Source of the DNA: Candidatus Sericytochromatia bacterium
Lineage (GTDB): Bacteria > Cyanobacteriota > Sericytochromatia > S15B-MN24 > VGJW01
DNA length: 64,000 nucleotides
Reading direction: 5' to 3'
NCBI GenBank assembly: GCA_035285595.1
Contig: JAYKGV010000016.1
Span: 19,947-83,946, forward strand
Part shown: positions 17,292-26,951 of the stretch, piece by piece
Position numbering within the stretch: position 1 is the stretch's first letter
Layout: every line of letters starts with the position of its first letter
Made by a program: the position numbers and the translations under genes
Notes under the pieces: model-generated
Told to the model about the DNA's origin: nothing
The model's input: the letters and a program-made list of their open reading frames with translations, nothing else
Database searches by the model: none

Positions 17292-20200
17292 GGGGCTTCA
17301 ATACTCCGGAAAGCCAGGTCCTATAGGGGCGTTCGCGATCCGGCGCCTGGTCCTTTCGCCAAGGTGCCCACGGCCGTTGCCACCGCACGCCACCTACAAG
17401 GTAGCGGTACCGACCGGGATGCTCCAAAGGCCATGGGTCCACAAGGTAGCGGACCTTGGGCTGATCCAGGTGTCCCACGACGCTCCAGTGCGCGTCCTGG
17501 TCCGAAATCGAGGCACGCAGCACGATGACTTGGTCGAGGGGTTCCTGCCAGCTCAGCAGCGTGCCTGCGGGGGCTTCGGCGAGCTTGACCTCCAGCTTTG
17601 CGGCTCGAGGTTGAGGCCAAGGCGGCAACACGTCTCTTGCGGCCCGCAACAGGGTGGGAGCCGTGACAAGGGCCGCGGCCACCGCGAGCCCCGTGAGCGT
17701 GCCGCGAACCCTGTGGAGCTGCTGCCGAAGCACCGGCAGATGATTCAGGGACGGGTTCAGCGAGGGCAGATCCAACAGAGGGGTCAGGGGTGCGAGGCCC
17801 TGGGGTGTCCGTAGCATGAAGCGACATTCACCCCGTTCTGGTGCATGGACAAGGGTCAAGGGACGATGCCCCTGGGGCACGAGAACAGGCTGGACCAGCA
17901 AGGCCCGGTCGCGTTGGCGACGCAATCCTCGGTCCTGCCACCAACGCACAGGATGGCGCCACGCGCTCGATGCGGGCCGCGAGGGTGCGGGCGGCATCCC
18001 TGCCATGCCGGGAGGGGCATCGCGTCGGACCGCCAGATGGGCATATGCCGCTTCATCCTCGTCCGCCTCCTCCAGCAAAGCCAAGCCTTCCTCACTGTCG
18101 AGCACGGGTGCTTCGGATGGAGGTTCCGTACGCACAGCCGCTTCGATAGGACCTTCGTAACCCTCCTCGGCCAGTAGCTTGAGCAGAAGTTCATCCTGAT
18201 CGTCGTCCATGCCAGGGAAGGTGAACGCAGGGGTGTCTGCCGCGGGAACTTCGTGGGGCAGGGGATCGAGGTCGTCGAGCCGCCGAGCCGCCTGTCGAGA
18301 GGGGCCAGGCAGCATCCAGCCGATCAGGCCCAGCTCGACCAGCCGTTCGAGATCGCCCGGGCCGAGACGTTGGATGGGGACCACGGCCATGATGCGGTGC
18401 ACGGTGATGCCTTCGGGGCCCCAGGCCGTGTCGCCCAGCAAGGCTGCTTCGCCTTGCAAGGGCCATTCAAGGTCTACCGGCAAGCTGATGCGATGGGCCT
18501 CCCCAAGCGTGTCGAGGCTGCGGAACCGTGAAAAAGCTGCCTCTGGCAGGTTGACCAAGGTTTCCATAGTGGTCTCGGGGGGGGCATCCGTCGTCTCCCG
18601 GACCTGGACAGCCTCTTGTGGCCCTGTCAGTAGCTCCGCATCCTGCTCGCTTTCCGGCAACGGAGGAGGGGCAGGGGTCGGTGCCCGGACAGGTTCGAAG
18701 ACCTCGTCCGGAGCCGAGCCCAGGACCGCCCGGAGCGCATCCAGATCCTCGAGGTCGCTCCAAGGCTCTTCTGGAATCTCCTGGGTGAGGGCGGCGGCCG
18801 CGGCGGGTGACGCAGGCGGCTGGGACTGCCCATCGGACGGTTGGACCTGCAGCGGTTCCAGCGGTCCGGTACCGTACCTTCGGAAAAGTGACTCCAGCTC
18901 GGGATCCTGATCGAGGTGAGCCACGGATTCGAGCAGAGCCTCGTCGATTTCGGCTTCCTGCCATGCATCCGTTTCCCTGTCAGGATCCGGATCCGGTCCG
19001 GAAGGCTCCTCGACGGCCGGCTGCGGGTCCGGTGCCACGTCCGCTCTCGGTGGCCAGTCTTCCTCGAGGCTCCTTTCAATCTCGTGGGGCTCGTCGGGGG
19101 CGGCCTCCGATATCAAGTCCTGATCGAAGGGTTCAAGCCTGTCCTTCGACTCTTGCTCCAGGTCTTCCGCGTCTTCAGGGCTTTCTTCGCTTTCGAGCCC
19201 GCTTTCGTCCTCGCCACGAAGCAGCGATGGCTCGAGCTCTTCGAGGCTCGGAAAATCCATTTCCCCGGCCAAGTACCGTACCAGCAAATCCTCCGGATCT
19301 TCGAGGCGCTCCAGCAGGTCCAACTGAGCGGCTTCGAGGACGAACACAGGGGCGTCGGGCAGGGGGAGGATTACGAAGGTATCTGGTTCGAGTCCCGATG
19401 GCTGCTCCAGGGGGCCGGCGAGAGCGGGATCCTCTTCTTCGGGCCGTTCGGGCACCCTCGTCTCTCGTGCGAACGCCTCTGGCCGTTGCGGGACCGGTGG
19501 GATCGGATCCGCAAGGTTCTGAGCTTGCGTCGGAGTCGCCACGGGAGAGACGGGATCTGCCAGATTGCCCACGATCTCCTCGAGGGTCACAGATGGCGGC
19601 TCGGGGGATGGAGCCTCGCTCTGAGGCTGAATTCTTGGCGTCAGCCCGCCCAGCCTGACCGCTTCCTCAATCTTCTCCGGGTCGTCCAGCGGCAGCCAGC
19701 CTTCCGGGGTGTCGACCGGGGGCCACGCATCGTCGGAGTCCTTGGAACGCCATCTGAAGCCCAGGCCGGGCAGATGGAAGGTGGGCGGCAGGCTACCCTC
19801 CGCAAGGAGGTCACCGGTTTGGGACTTTTCCGGCCTTTCCTCGGTACGTTTCCCGATGTTGTACCGCGCGGCCATCTTGTCCAGGCGATCGGTTCGGGAA
19901 CCGACCCCACCGCTCTTGGACCAGCCGTGGCCCGTGAAGGATTCCGGGGGGCGTTGTAGCGCGACAGGCTGTACCTTGGGCACGACCAGTCGGTTGCCGG
20001 CTTGTTGGCGGGCCTCGGCGAGCTGGGCATCGTAGGTTCTGCGCAGCTGCTCGTCCAACAGGAGCACGCCGGCCTCGTCGAGCAGCTCCATGGCAGATCG
20101 GGCGTCGTGCTGCAAGGATGGGTGATCGAGCCGACTTTGCCAGAAACTGCGATAGTTGGCGATGGCAGCGGAAAGATCGGCAATCGAGCCCTTTTCGGGC

Positions 20201-20643
20201 AATCCCAGCAGGGTGTAGTAATCCGGGACCTCGGCATTGCTCCCGAGTGGGGCGGTACCCGCCGTGAGGCCAACGATGGCCTCCTTGATGACGGCAGGAT
20301 CCCTGCTGGGGAGACTAACGACCCGCACACCCTCCGTGGCCATGCGCTCGATGAATCCGCGGGAGTCATTGAGGGGGGCCGTGGCTGGTGTTCCAGACAG
20401 CAGGCAGAGATGGGTCGAGGCCAGCAATCGGGGAGCCTCGGGTCCGAAGGCCACGCGAATCCCCCGTACGGTTTCATTCAGGACATCTTCCGTGCCGGCT
20501 ACGATGACCCCGTCCCAGGTCCGGCCGGAGCCGCAAGCATCGAGGAAGGCCTGCAGATTGCCGGGTTCGTGACGTAGGGCCTCGAATTGGCCTGGGGGCC
20601 AGGACACGGTCCGGGGCAATGCATCGAGTAAAAGCCAGGCCAT
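17281..20643 (-). CDS. Large (1120 aa) acidic/Pro-rich bitopic membrane protein with N-terminal globular domain, J-domain-like module and C-terminal extracytoplasmic domain
   Basis: A J-like module (DYYTLLGLPEKGSIADLSAAIANYRSFWQSRLDHPSL...LLDEQLRRTYDAQL) lies at 20028-20223. It is followed by ~650 aa of low-complexity D/E/P-rich sequence, the TM helix LTGLAVAAALVTAPTLL, and a ~130-aa C-terminal domain ending ...GRYRYLVGGVRW. Confidence 0.65.
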   Translation of the reverse strand: MAWLLLDALPRTVSWPPGQFEALRHEPGNLQAFLDACGSGRTWDGVIVAGTEDVLNETVRGIRVAFGPEAPRLLASTHLCLLSGTPATAPLNDSRGFIERMATEGVRVVSLPSRDPAVIKEAIVGLTAGTAPLGSNAEVPDYYTLLGLPEKGSIADLSAAIANYRSFWQSRLDHPSLQHDARSAMELLDEAGVLLLDEQLRRTYDAQLAEARQQAGNRLVVPKVQPVALQRPPESFTGHGWSKSGGVGSRTDRLDKMAARYNIGKRTEERPEKSQTGDLLAEGSLPPTFHLPGLGFRWRSKDSDDAWPPVDTPEGWLPLDDPEKIEEAVRLGGLTPRIQPQSEAPSPEPPSVTLEEIVGNLADPVSPVATPTQAQNLADPIPPVPQRPEAFARETRVPERPEEEDPALAGPLEQPSGLEPDTFVILPLPDAPVFVLEAAQLDLLERLEDPEDLLVRYLAGEMDFPSLEELEPSLLRGEDESGLESEESPEDAEDLEQESKDRLEPFDQDLISEAAPDEPHEIERSLEEDWPPRADVAPDPQPAVEEPSGPDPDPDRETDAWQEAEIDEALLESVAHLDQDPELESLFRRYGTGPLEPLQVQPSDGQSQPPASPAAAAALTQEIPEEPWSDLEDLDALRAVLGSAPDEVFEPVRAPTPAPPPLPESEQDAELLTGPQEAVQVRETTDAPPETTMETLVNLPEAAFSRFRSLDTLGEAHRISLPVDLEWPLQGEAALLGDTAWGPEGITVHRIMAVVPIQRLGPGDLERLVELGLIGWMLPGPSRQAARRLDDLDPLPHEVPAADTPAFTFPGMDDDQDELLLKLLAEEGYEGPIEAAVRTEPPSEAPVLDSEEGLALLEEADEDEAAYAHLAVRRDAPPGMAGMPPAPSRPASSAWRHPVRWWQDRGLRRQRDRALLVQPVLVPQGHRPLTLVHAPERGECRFMLRTPQGLAPLTPLLDLPSLNPSLNHLPVLRQQLHRVRGTLTGLAVAAALVTAPTLLRAARDVLPPWPQPRAAKLEVKLAEAPAGTLLSWQEPLDQVIVLRASISDQDAHWSVVGHLDQPKVRYLVDPWPLEHPGRYRYLVGGVRWQRPWAPWRKDQAPDRERPYRTWLSGVLKPRER

Positions 20644-20646
20644 AGG

Positions 20647-22512
20647 TCAGCGCCCCCAGGCATCCCAGGGCGGTCGTGCCCTCAGGCCGACTGCTGCCGT
20701 GTCCCAGGGTTGTCCCAGCAATCCGTGGCGGTCTTGCGGCAGGATGAGGTAGCGATAGATGCCTTCGGTTTCGACGTGGTCCTGGAGCGACCGGCGGGCG
20801 TCCAAGCGTCGCTCGCCTCCGAGCAGCACCGTCGGTCCCGGAGGATCCAGCGCCTCACGCAACACCCACAGCCCGTGGACGTCGGGATCCGGGCGCCGTT
20901 GCCCAAGGGAGATTGTCTGACGGTCCAGCGAAAGCCCGAGCGTGCCTTGAATGGGACGAAAGGCTCCGGTTCCCGGCCAATCCACGGCGACGGCCCGGGA
21001 CCAGTGCAGGGGTTGTCCGTCCGGGTCAAGCGCCGCCAGGCGATACCACAACCGGGTCGTGGGTGGGTCAGCTCCCAGCCTGGGGCGAGGCAGGGCCATC
21101 CGGTCGGTACCGGCGGGGATCATGTGCAGGCGCCGGCGATCCCCGGGCCTGCACTCGGCCCGGGTACAGGCATACAAGGCGAGGGCTTCTTGCCGGGCCT
21201 CCCAGCGAAGCAAGGGGTCCGTGCCCTCGCGCCGGAGAGCGAACGTGCCGGGACGCTCCATCCACAGGAGTGCAAGCCATCCAAGCAAAGCAAGGATCAC
21301 GCCTGTTCGGCGATCAACAGGAGCCAGCACCTCGGTGAACCCACGTGCGATGACCCGAGGCCATGGCTTGCGGGCTCCCTTGATCAAGCCTCCCGTGGCG
21401 GGATCGAAGATCGGCTCCGAGCGCCCGGGCCGGCGGGGCATCCGTCCCACCGACGGGCGTCGGAACATCACCGCTTCCGCACCCACGTCATCGACCACGA
21501 GGCAGGTCTGCCAGAGGTGAGGCATCAGGGCATCGTGCAAGCCTCCGTCTTCCCGTACAAGACCGCCGCCTGGCCGCAGGACGTAGGTCCCTACCGGCAC
21601 CATGGCCGTACCCGGGTGATGCGTGCCGGTATGCAGCAGGCCTTGCATGACCCGACGGGCCTCGGTGTGGTCGCCAGGTGGTCTGTCCCCCTCGTCTGCG
21701 AGCGGAACGGCCGCCAGGATCGTGACGTCGATCCGGCGTCGACCGTGGGTGTCGCCGGCCAAGGCCACGCGCCCGAGCAGCAGGCCACGCCGGGTGACGA
21801 CCGGAGGCCGGGGGTCGAGGGAGCGTCTGAGGCTGGTTGGCATGCACAGACGCAAGCGGGCATCCGAGCCAGGGACGAGCCACAGGTCGTCTGCCATGCG
21901 ACCGAGACCGACAGGGGCAAGGGGCCAGTGGGTCGTCGGGTCCGTCTCGGGGGCATCGGGTGCTTCGAGCGTCGCCCACGAGTCATCCTCGAGGGTGTCC
22001 GGATCAAGGGGAGAAGAAGTCGGCAAGCCTTCGCGGATGGGATGCTCGTCCCCGATGCCCAAGGTGTCGAGCGCCTCGCCGAGTGTTTCGTAGAGTCCCG
22101 CCAGATCAGCCACCGATGAGCCGTCGTCCGGCTCATCGGTGGCGACCGACCGTGGGGGTGGAGCTTCGGAAAAGGGCGTGTCCACCCGGTCCTGGATGGG
22201 CGAGGGCGGCAGGGCGCTGGTCGGAGTGGATGCCTGCGCCGGTGCGGGGGATTCATCCGTAGCAAGCCCCTCGCCATCCAGGACGAACCGGGAAAGCGCA
22301 GGGATGGCCGCTCCACCTTCCGGAAAGGCATCCTCGAGCGAGGACAACAGGCCCAGTCCGCCCTCAATGTCCGTGCCCCGGGCCTCCTCGTCGGTGAAGG
22401 CGGCCAGCAGGGCCTTACGTTCTTCGGCCGTCGTGCGAGCGGCTTCGAGCCCTCCGCCGGATTCGGGTGACGACGGGCCTGCCGCATCGTGGGAAGAACC
22501 AGCCGGAACCAT
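20647..22512 (-). CDS. Bitopic membrane protein (621 aa) with acidic disordered N-terminus, central globular domain, TM helix and C-terminal extracytoplasmic domain (first gene of operon)
   Basis: ATG at 22512 lies 53 bp from the divergent leuS start. TM helix [14 protein letters not shown]. The C-terminal domain ends ...[12 protein letters not shown], similar to the C-terminus of the downstream 1120-aa protein. Confidence 0.6.
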   Translation of the reverse strand: MVPAGSSHDAAGPSSPESGGGLEAARTTAEERKALLAAFTDEEARGTDIEGGLGLLSSLEDAFPEGGAAIPALSRFVLDGEGLATDESPAPAQASTPTSALPPSPIQDRVDTPFSEAPPPRSVATDEPDDGSSVADLAGLYETLGEALDTLGIGDEHPIREGLPTSSPLDPDTLEDDSWATLEAPDAPETDPTTHWPLAPVGLGRMADDLWLVPGSDARLRLCMPTSLRRSLDPRPPVVTRRGLLLGRVALAGDTHGRRRIDVTILAAVPLADEGDRPPGDHTEARRVMQGLLHTGTHHPGTAMVPVGTYVLRPGGGLVREDGGLHDALMPHLWQTCLVVDDVGAEAVMFRRPSVGRMPRRPGRSEPIFDPATGGLIKGARKPWPRVIARGFTEVLAPVDRRTGVILALLGWLALLWMERPGTFALRREGTDPLLRWEARQEALALYACTRAECRPGDRRRLHMIPAGTDRMALPRPRLGADPPTTRLWYRLAALDPDGQPLHWSRAVAVDWPGTGAFRPIQGTLGLSLDRQTISLGQRRPDPDVHGLWVLREALDPPGPTVLLGGERRLDARRSLQDHVETEGIYRYLILPQDRHGLLGQPWDTAAVGLRARPPWDAWGR

Positions 22513-22565
22513 GGCCCTATTCTACCCTCGCGGGCAGGCTGGTACGATGGAGAGCTACGCCGGAG

Positions 22566-24998
22566 GCCCCATCCATGCAGGAACGTTACGATCCCCACGT
22601 CATCGAGCCGCGCTGGCAGGCCTACTGGGAGCAGCACGAGACCTTCCGGGTCACCGAGGATCCCGCGCGGCCGAAGTACTACGTCCTCGACATGTTCCCT
22701 TATCCCTCGGGAGCCGGGTTGCATGTCGGTCATCCCGAGGGTTACACCGCCACGGACATCGTGGCGCGCTACAAGCGGATGAAGGGCTTCAACGTGCTTC
22801 ATCCCATGGGATGGGATGCCTTCGGGTTGCCGGCTGAGCAGCACGCGCTGGCGACCGGCGAGCATCCGCGCGAGATCACCCGTCGCAACATCGACACCTT
22901 CAAGCGCCAGATCAAGTCCTTGGGATTTTCCTATGACTGGTCTCGTGAGTTCAGCACGACCGATCCGGGCTACTACCGCTGGACCCAGTGGATCTTCCTG
23001 AAGCTGGTCGAGCGCGGACTGGCCTATGTGGCGGAGGTGCCGGTCAACTGGTGTCCGGCTCTTGGCACGGTCCTCGCCAATGAGGAGGTCATCGACGGCA
23101 AGAGCGAGCGGGGTGGTCATCCCGTCGTGCGCAAGCCCATGCGCCAGTGGATGCTGCGTATCACGGCTTACGCCGATCGGCTCCTGGAGGACCTGTCGGA
23201 TCTGGACTGGCCCGAAAGCGTACTCGACATGCAGCGTCACTGGATTGGGCGTTCGGAAGGGGCCGAGATCACGTTTGGGATCAAGGGCCATGACTTGACC
23301 TTCGAGGTCTTCACCAGCCGTCCGGACACCCTGTTCGGGGCAACTTACTGCGTTCTGGCGCCCGAGCATCCCTTGGTGGCCCAGGTGACCACCGGGGCGT
23401 GTCGCGAGGCGGTCCTGACCTATCAGGCCGAGGCCGCCCGCAAGAATGACCTCGATCGCACGGATCTGGCGACTGAAAAGACCGGAGTCTTCACGGGAGC
23501 ATATGCCGTCAACCCGGCCAATGGAAAGACGATCCCGATTTGGATTGCCGACTATGTGCTGGCTTCCTATGGCACGGGAGCCGTGATGGCCGTCCCGGCC
23601 CATGACGTCCGGGACTGGGAGTTTTCGCGGGTGATGGGCTTGCCCGTGATGCGGGTCGTCGAGGGGGGAGACCTGGCTGAATCCGCATGGACGGGAGACG
23701 GCGCTCACGTGGCGTCCGGCTTCCTCGATGGCTTGGATGTCGCATCGGCCAAGCGCAGGATGATCGAGTGGCTCGAGCAGGAAGGATGTGGCCGCCGCAA
23801 GGTGAATTACCGCCTGCGAGACTGGCTGTTCAGCAGGCAGCGTTACTGGGGTGAGCCCATTCCCGTCGTCCACCATGGGGATGGCTCCTGGTCGGCGCTG
23901 GCCCCCGAAGCCTTGCCCCTGCGGCTGCCCGACCTCGAGGAGATCCGTCCGAGCGGTACGGGCGAAAGTCCTCTCGCTCTGGCGAAGGAGTGGGTGGAAA
24001 CCGAGGTCGAAGGGCAAGCGGTCCGACGCGAGACCAACACGATGCCCCAGTGGGCAGGGTCGTGCTGGTATTACCTGCGCTTCATGGATCCCCACAATGC
24101 CGAAGCGCCTTTCGGCAAGGACAAGGAAGCCTATTGGGGCCCCGTCGACCTCTATGTCGGGGGCGCGGAGCACGCGGTACTGCACCTGCTTTACGCCCGA
24201 TTCTGGCACAAGGTCCTGTACGACCTGGGCTTGGTCTCGACCAAGGAGCCTTTCAAGCGTTTGTTCAACCAAGGGATGATTCTGGGTGAGAATGGCGAGA
24301 AAATGTCCAAGTCACGGGGCAACGTCGTCAACCCGGATGACGTCATCAAGGCCTACGGCGCGGATACCTTGCGCATCTACGAGATGTTCATGGGCCCGCT
24401 CGAGGCCTCCAAGCCGTGGAACACCCAGAATGTCGCGGGTTCCCATCGCTTCCTCGAGCGGGTTTGGAAATTGGTCGTCGGACCCGACGGCCTGTTGAGT
24501 CCTGCCGTTCGCGACGTGGATCCGCTCGGGGCCCGGGATCTCGAGCGTGCCCTGCATAAAGCCATCGCCAAGGTCGGCGGAGATATCGAGGCCTTGCGGA
24601 TGAACACGGCCATCAGCGCCTTGATGATCTTCCTGAACGAGGCCTCGCGCGCCGAGGTTCTGCCGCGAGCGACCCTCGAGCGCTTCGTGCTTCTGGTCTC
24701 TCCTTTCGCGCCGCACCTGGCCGAGGAACTGTGGCAGCGGCTCGGACACCCGAGGAGTCTGGCGCATGAGCCCTGGCCGATCTATGACCCCGCGATGACG
24801 GTCGACGACATCATCGAGCTGGCCATCCAAGTCAACGGCAAGGTGCGTGGGCGTATCGAGGTTCCGGCCGATGCCCCCGTCGAGGTGGTCGAGAAGGCGG
24901 CCCTCGAGGATGCGGATACCCGGACTTGGTGCGAAGGGAAGACCATCGTCAAGGTCGTGGTCGTTCCCGGGCGCCTCGTCAACGTCGTCGTGCGCTGA
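22566..24998 (+). CDS. leuS: Leucine--tRNA ligase
   Basis: [26 protein letters not shown]...[55 protein letters not shown] with HIGH (HVGH) and KMSKS (KMSKSRGN) motifs. RBS ggagg before the ATG. Confidence 0.95.
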   Translation, partial: APSMQERYDPHVIEPRWQAYWEQHETFRVTEDPARPKYYVLDMFPYPSGAGLHVGHPEGYTATDIVARYKRMKGFNVLHPMGWDAFGLPAEQHALATGEHPREITRRNIDTFKRQIKSLGFSYDWSREFSTTDPGYYRWTQWIFLKLVERGLAYVAEVPVNWCPALGTVLANEEVIDGKSERGGHPVVRKPMRQWMLRITAYADRLLEDLSDLDWPESVLDMQRHWIGRSEGAEITFGIKGHDLTFEVFTSRPDTLFGATYCVLAPEHPLVAQVTTGACREAVLTYQAEAARKNDLDRTDLATEKTGVFTGAYAVNPANGKTIPIWIADYVLASYGTGAVMAVPAHDVRDWEFSRVMGLPVMRVVEGGDLAESAWTGDGAHVASGFLDGLDVASAKRRMIEWLEQEGCGRRKVNYRLRDWLFSRQRYWGEPIPVVHHGDGSWSALAPEALPLRLPDLEEIRPSGTGESPLALAKEWVETEVEGQAVRRETNTMPQWAGSCWYYLRFMDPHNAEAPFGKDKEAYWGPVDLYVGGAEHAVLHLLYARFWHKVLYDLGLVSTKEPFKRLFNQGMILGENGEKMSKSRGNVVNPDDVIKAYGADTLRIYEMFMGPLEASKPWNTQNVAGSHRFLERVWKLVVGPDGLLSPAVRDVDPLGARDLERALHKAIAKVGGDIEALRMNTAISALMIFLNEASRAEVLPRATLERFVLLVSPFAPHLAEELWQRLGHPRSLAHEPWPIYDPAMTVDDIIELAIQVNGKVRGRIEVPADAPVEVVEKAALEDADTRTWCEGKTIVKVVVVPGRLVNVVVR

Positions 24999-25923
24999 GG
25001 GCAGGCACGTCGCCGAGCATGCCCGCGGCCAAGGGCCACGCCATGCCGGCGACGATGAGCACCGTGCCGATCGCCTCGACGGGTTCCGGCCAGAGCCCCA
25101 TGAGCAGGATACCCAGCGCGATGCCGGCAACCGTTTCTCCTGGCGACGCGAGCGACACGATGGCGGGTCTCAGGGACCGGGAGGCCGCTTGGACCAAAGT
25201 GTGGCCGAGGACGGTAGGCACGAGTCCCAGGCCTGCCATCGCGGCCCAGCTGCTCCAGGGCAGGTCGAGGCGCCACAGCTGGGGGCCGCCGTGTCCGATC
25301 AGGTGCATCAGCCCAAGACCCGTCCCGACGGTGAGGGCAGCGCTGGCATAGATGACGCTGGCCGACGCAAGCACGCCGAGATGACGAACGGGGCGGAGTA
25401 ACGCAACGTAACCGCCGAAAAGGACCACGGCCAGCAGGATGCCGAGATCGCCCTCGAGCCGATGCTCTCCATGCCCCGCGCCCTGTGCCACTACCAACGC
25501 TCCCAGCGTCGCGAGGATCAGGCCGACGGTTTCGGTTCGGGTGGGCAGATGCTTGTAGACCACACCACAGACCAGCAGCACGGCCATCGGCTCCAGGCTG
25601 ACCAACGAGACGGCCGCAGGCAGAGACGTGTGGGCCAGTCCCCAGAGAAAGGCCGAGAAGTGCAGGCCCAGGATGGCACCCGCGGCGAGGACCCGCAGAG
25701 CCTCATGTCGGGGCAGGTCGCGCAGGGCCGGCCACAGGGTGCGATGACACGCCAGACCCGTGGCGAAAGCGGCAATCACCAAGCGGAAGAAAGCAGCTTC
25801 GAAGGGGCTGGCTGGGGTGGCAAGCCTCGCCATCGGACCGCTGGCACCGAAGGCCAGACTGGCCACCAGAAGGAAGACCCAGGCAAATCTCTCTTGCAGG
25901 TGTCCCGAGTCCCGGACCGGCAC
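24979..25923 (-). CDS. EamA/DMT-superfamily transporter (10-TM permease)
   Basis: Two EamA-like halves with multiple hydrophobic helices. Start set at the GTG at 25923 so that the first TM helix ([15 protein letters not shown]) is included and rsfS is not overlapped. The 3' end overlaps the leuS 3' end by 20 nt (convergent). Confidence 0.7.
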   Translation of the reverse strand: MPVRDSGHLQERFAWVFLLVASLAFGASGPMARLATPASPFEAAFFRLVIAAFATGLACHRTLWPALRDLPRHEALRVLAAGAILGLHFSAFLWGLAHTSLPAAVSLVSLEPMAVLLVCGVVYKHLPTRTETVGLILATLGALVVAQGAGHGEHRLEGDLGILLAVVLFGGYVALLRPVRHLGVLASASVIYASAALTVGTGLGLMHLIGHGGPQLWRLDLPWSSWAAMAGLGLVPTVLGHTLVQAASRSLRPAIVSLASPGETVAGIALGILLMGLWPEPVEAIGTVLIVAGMAWPLAAGMLGDVPALSARRR

Positions 25924-25927
25924 AAAG

Positions 25928-26284
25928 TCAGGCCGAGACGGCCTGCCAGGGTTCCATGCGACCCTTGCCCCACAGCTGCTCGAGAGCGTAGAACTCACGC
26001 ACTTCGTCTCGCATGATGTGCACGACAACCAGGCCGCAGTCGAGGAGAACCCAAGACGCCTCCTGCTGACCTTCCTGCTTGATGTCATTCATGCCGGCGA
26101 GGGCCCACTGCTCCAGGATGTGATCGGCAATGGCACGTACCTGGGCCGGGCTGCCGGCGCTACAGACGACGAAGTGATCGCACATGACCGAAACGTCCGT
26201 GAGGTCGATGCGCATGATGGCCCGGGCCTTCTTGTCATCGGCGGCTCGAGAGGCGATGTCGCAGAGTTCACGGGCGCGATCCAA
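25928..26284 (-). CDS. rsfS: Ribosomal silencing factor RsfS (Iojap family)
   Basis: DKKARAIMRIDLTDVSVMCDHFVVCSAGSPAQVRAIADHI...WVLLDCGLVVVHIMRDEVREFYALEQLW is canonical RsfS. A TTG start is inferred, with AAGGAG 10 nt upstream. Confidence 0.8.
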   Translation of the reverse strand: MDRARELCDIASRAADDKKARAIMRIDLTDVSVMCDHFVVCSAGSPAQVRAIADHILEQWALAGMNDIKQEGQQEASWVLLDCGLVVVHIMRDEVREFYALEQLWGKGRMEPWQAVSA

Positions 26285-26342
26285 GCGATGTTTTCTCCTT
26301 GAGGTCTGTGGAAGCACTTCCAGTATGACAGGAACCCCGACT

Positions 26343-26951
26343 TCACGGGGCGTTCCGATACAGGCCTTTGCGGCGAATCCGATCCTGTACGCCCGGGGCG
26401 AGATCGGTGGGTGTCTCTCCACGGGCAAGGGCCGCACGCACGGCGGTAGCCGAGACGGCTCGCGGGGGCATCGGGATGTGGTCCATCGGCAAGATCGCGA
26501 AGTTCCGGGACAGGGACGAGGCCAAATCCGGACGTTCGACCACGGCGAAACGGATGCGTCGGGCCAACTCGTCGATATCGCGCCATCCGGCCAAAGTAGG
26601 CAGATGTTCCGAACCCAGGGCCCACCACCAGGTCCCGCCGGGATGTCGTGCTTGCAGGAGCCGTACGGTGTCGATGGCCCAGGAGGGCGCGGGCCGGGCC
26701 AGATCGACGTCGCTGACGTGAACGCCCTTCAGGCCCACGGTTCCTTCCCGGCACATCTCGAGCCGATCCGCGTCCGACGCTCCAGGCGCTTGTCGCTTGA
26801 AGGGCGATCGTGCCGCCGGGATGATCCAGACGTCATCCGCGCCCCAGGCCAGCAGGGCCTCGACCACCGCGCGGTGACCTTCGTGGAAGGGATCGAAGCT
26901 ACCCCCGTACAAGACGCGCCAGGGGCGCGGCTGCGTGACCTCCGGCATCAC
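26343..26951 (-). CDS. nadD: Nicotinate-nucleotide adenylyltransferase
   Basis: VLYGGSFDPFHEGHRAVV is the (H/T)xGH nucleotidyltransferase motif. Position downstream of proA matches the conserved obg-proBA-nadD-rsfS arrangement. ATG overlaps the proA stop (ATGA). Confidence 0.9.
   Translation of the reverse strand: MMPEVTQPRPWRVLYGGSFDPFHEGHRAVVEALLAWGADDVWIIPAARSPFKRQAPGASDADRLEMCREGTVGLKGVHVSDVDLARPAPSWAIDTVRLLQARHPGGTWWWALGSEHLPTLAGWRDIDELARRIRFAVVERPDLASSLSRNFAILPMDHIPMPPRAVSATAVRAALARGETPTDLAPGVQDRIRRKGLYRNAP

Noticed and set aside
20647-22512. JAB/MPN metalloprotease or PilZ assignment for the central domain of the 621-aa protein
   Set aside because: Fragments such as HTGTHHPG and RRSLDPR superficially recall JAMM (HxH) or PilZ (RxxxR) motifs, but spacing and flanking residues do not fit. 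It was left as hypothetical.
21591-24272. 893-aa minus-strand ORF
   Set aside because: It is antisense to leuS and to the first operon gene; leuS is unambiguous. The translation is Arg/Pro/Ser-rich nonsense typical of shadow frames.
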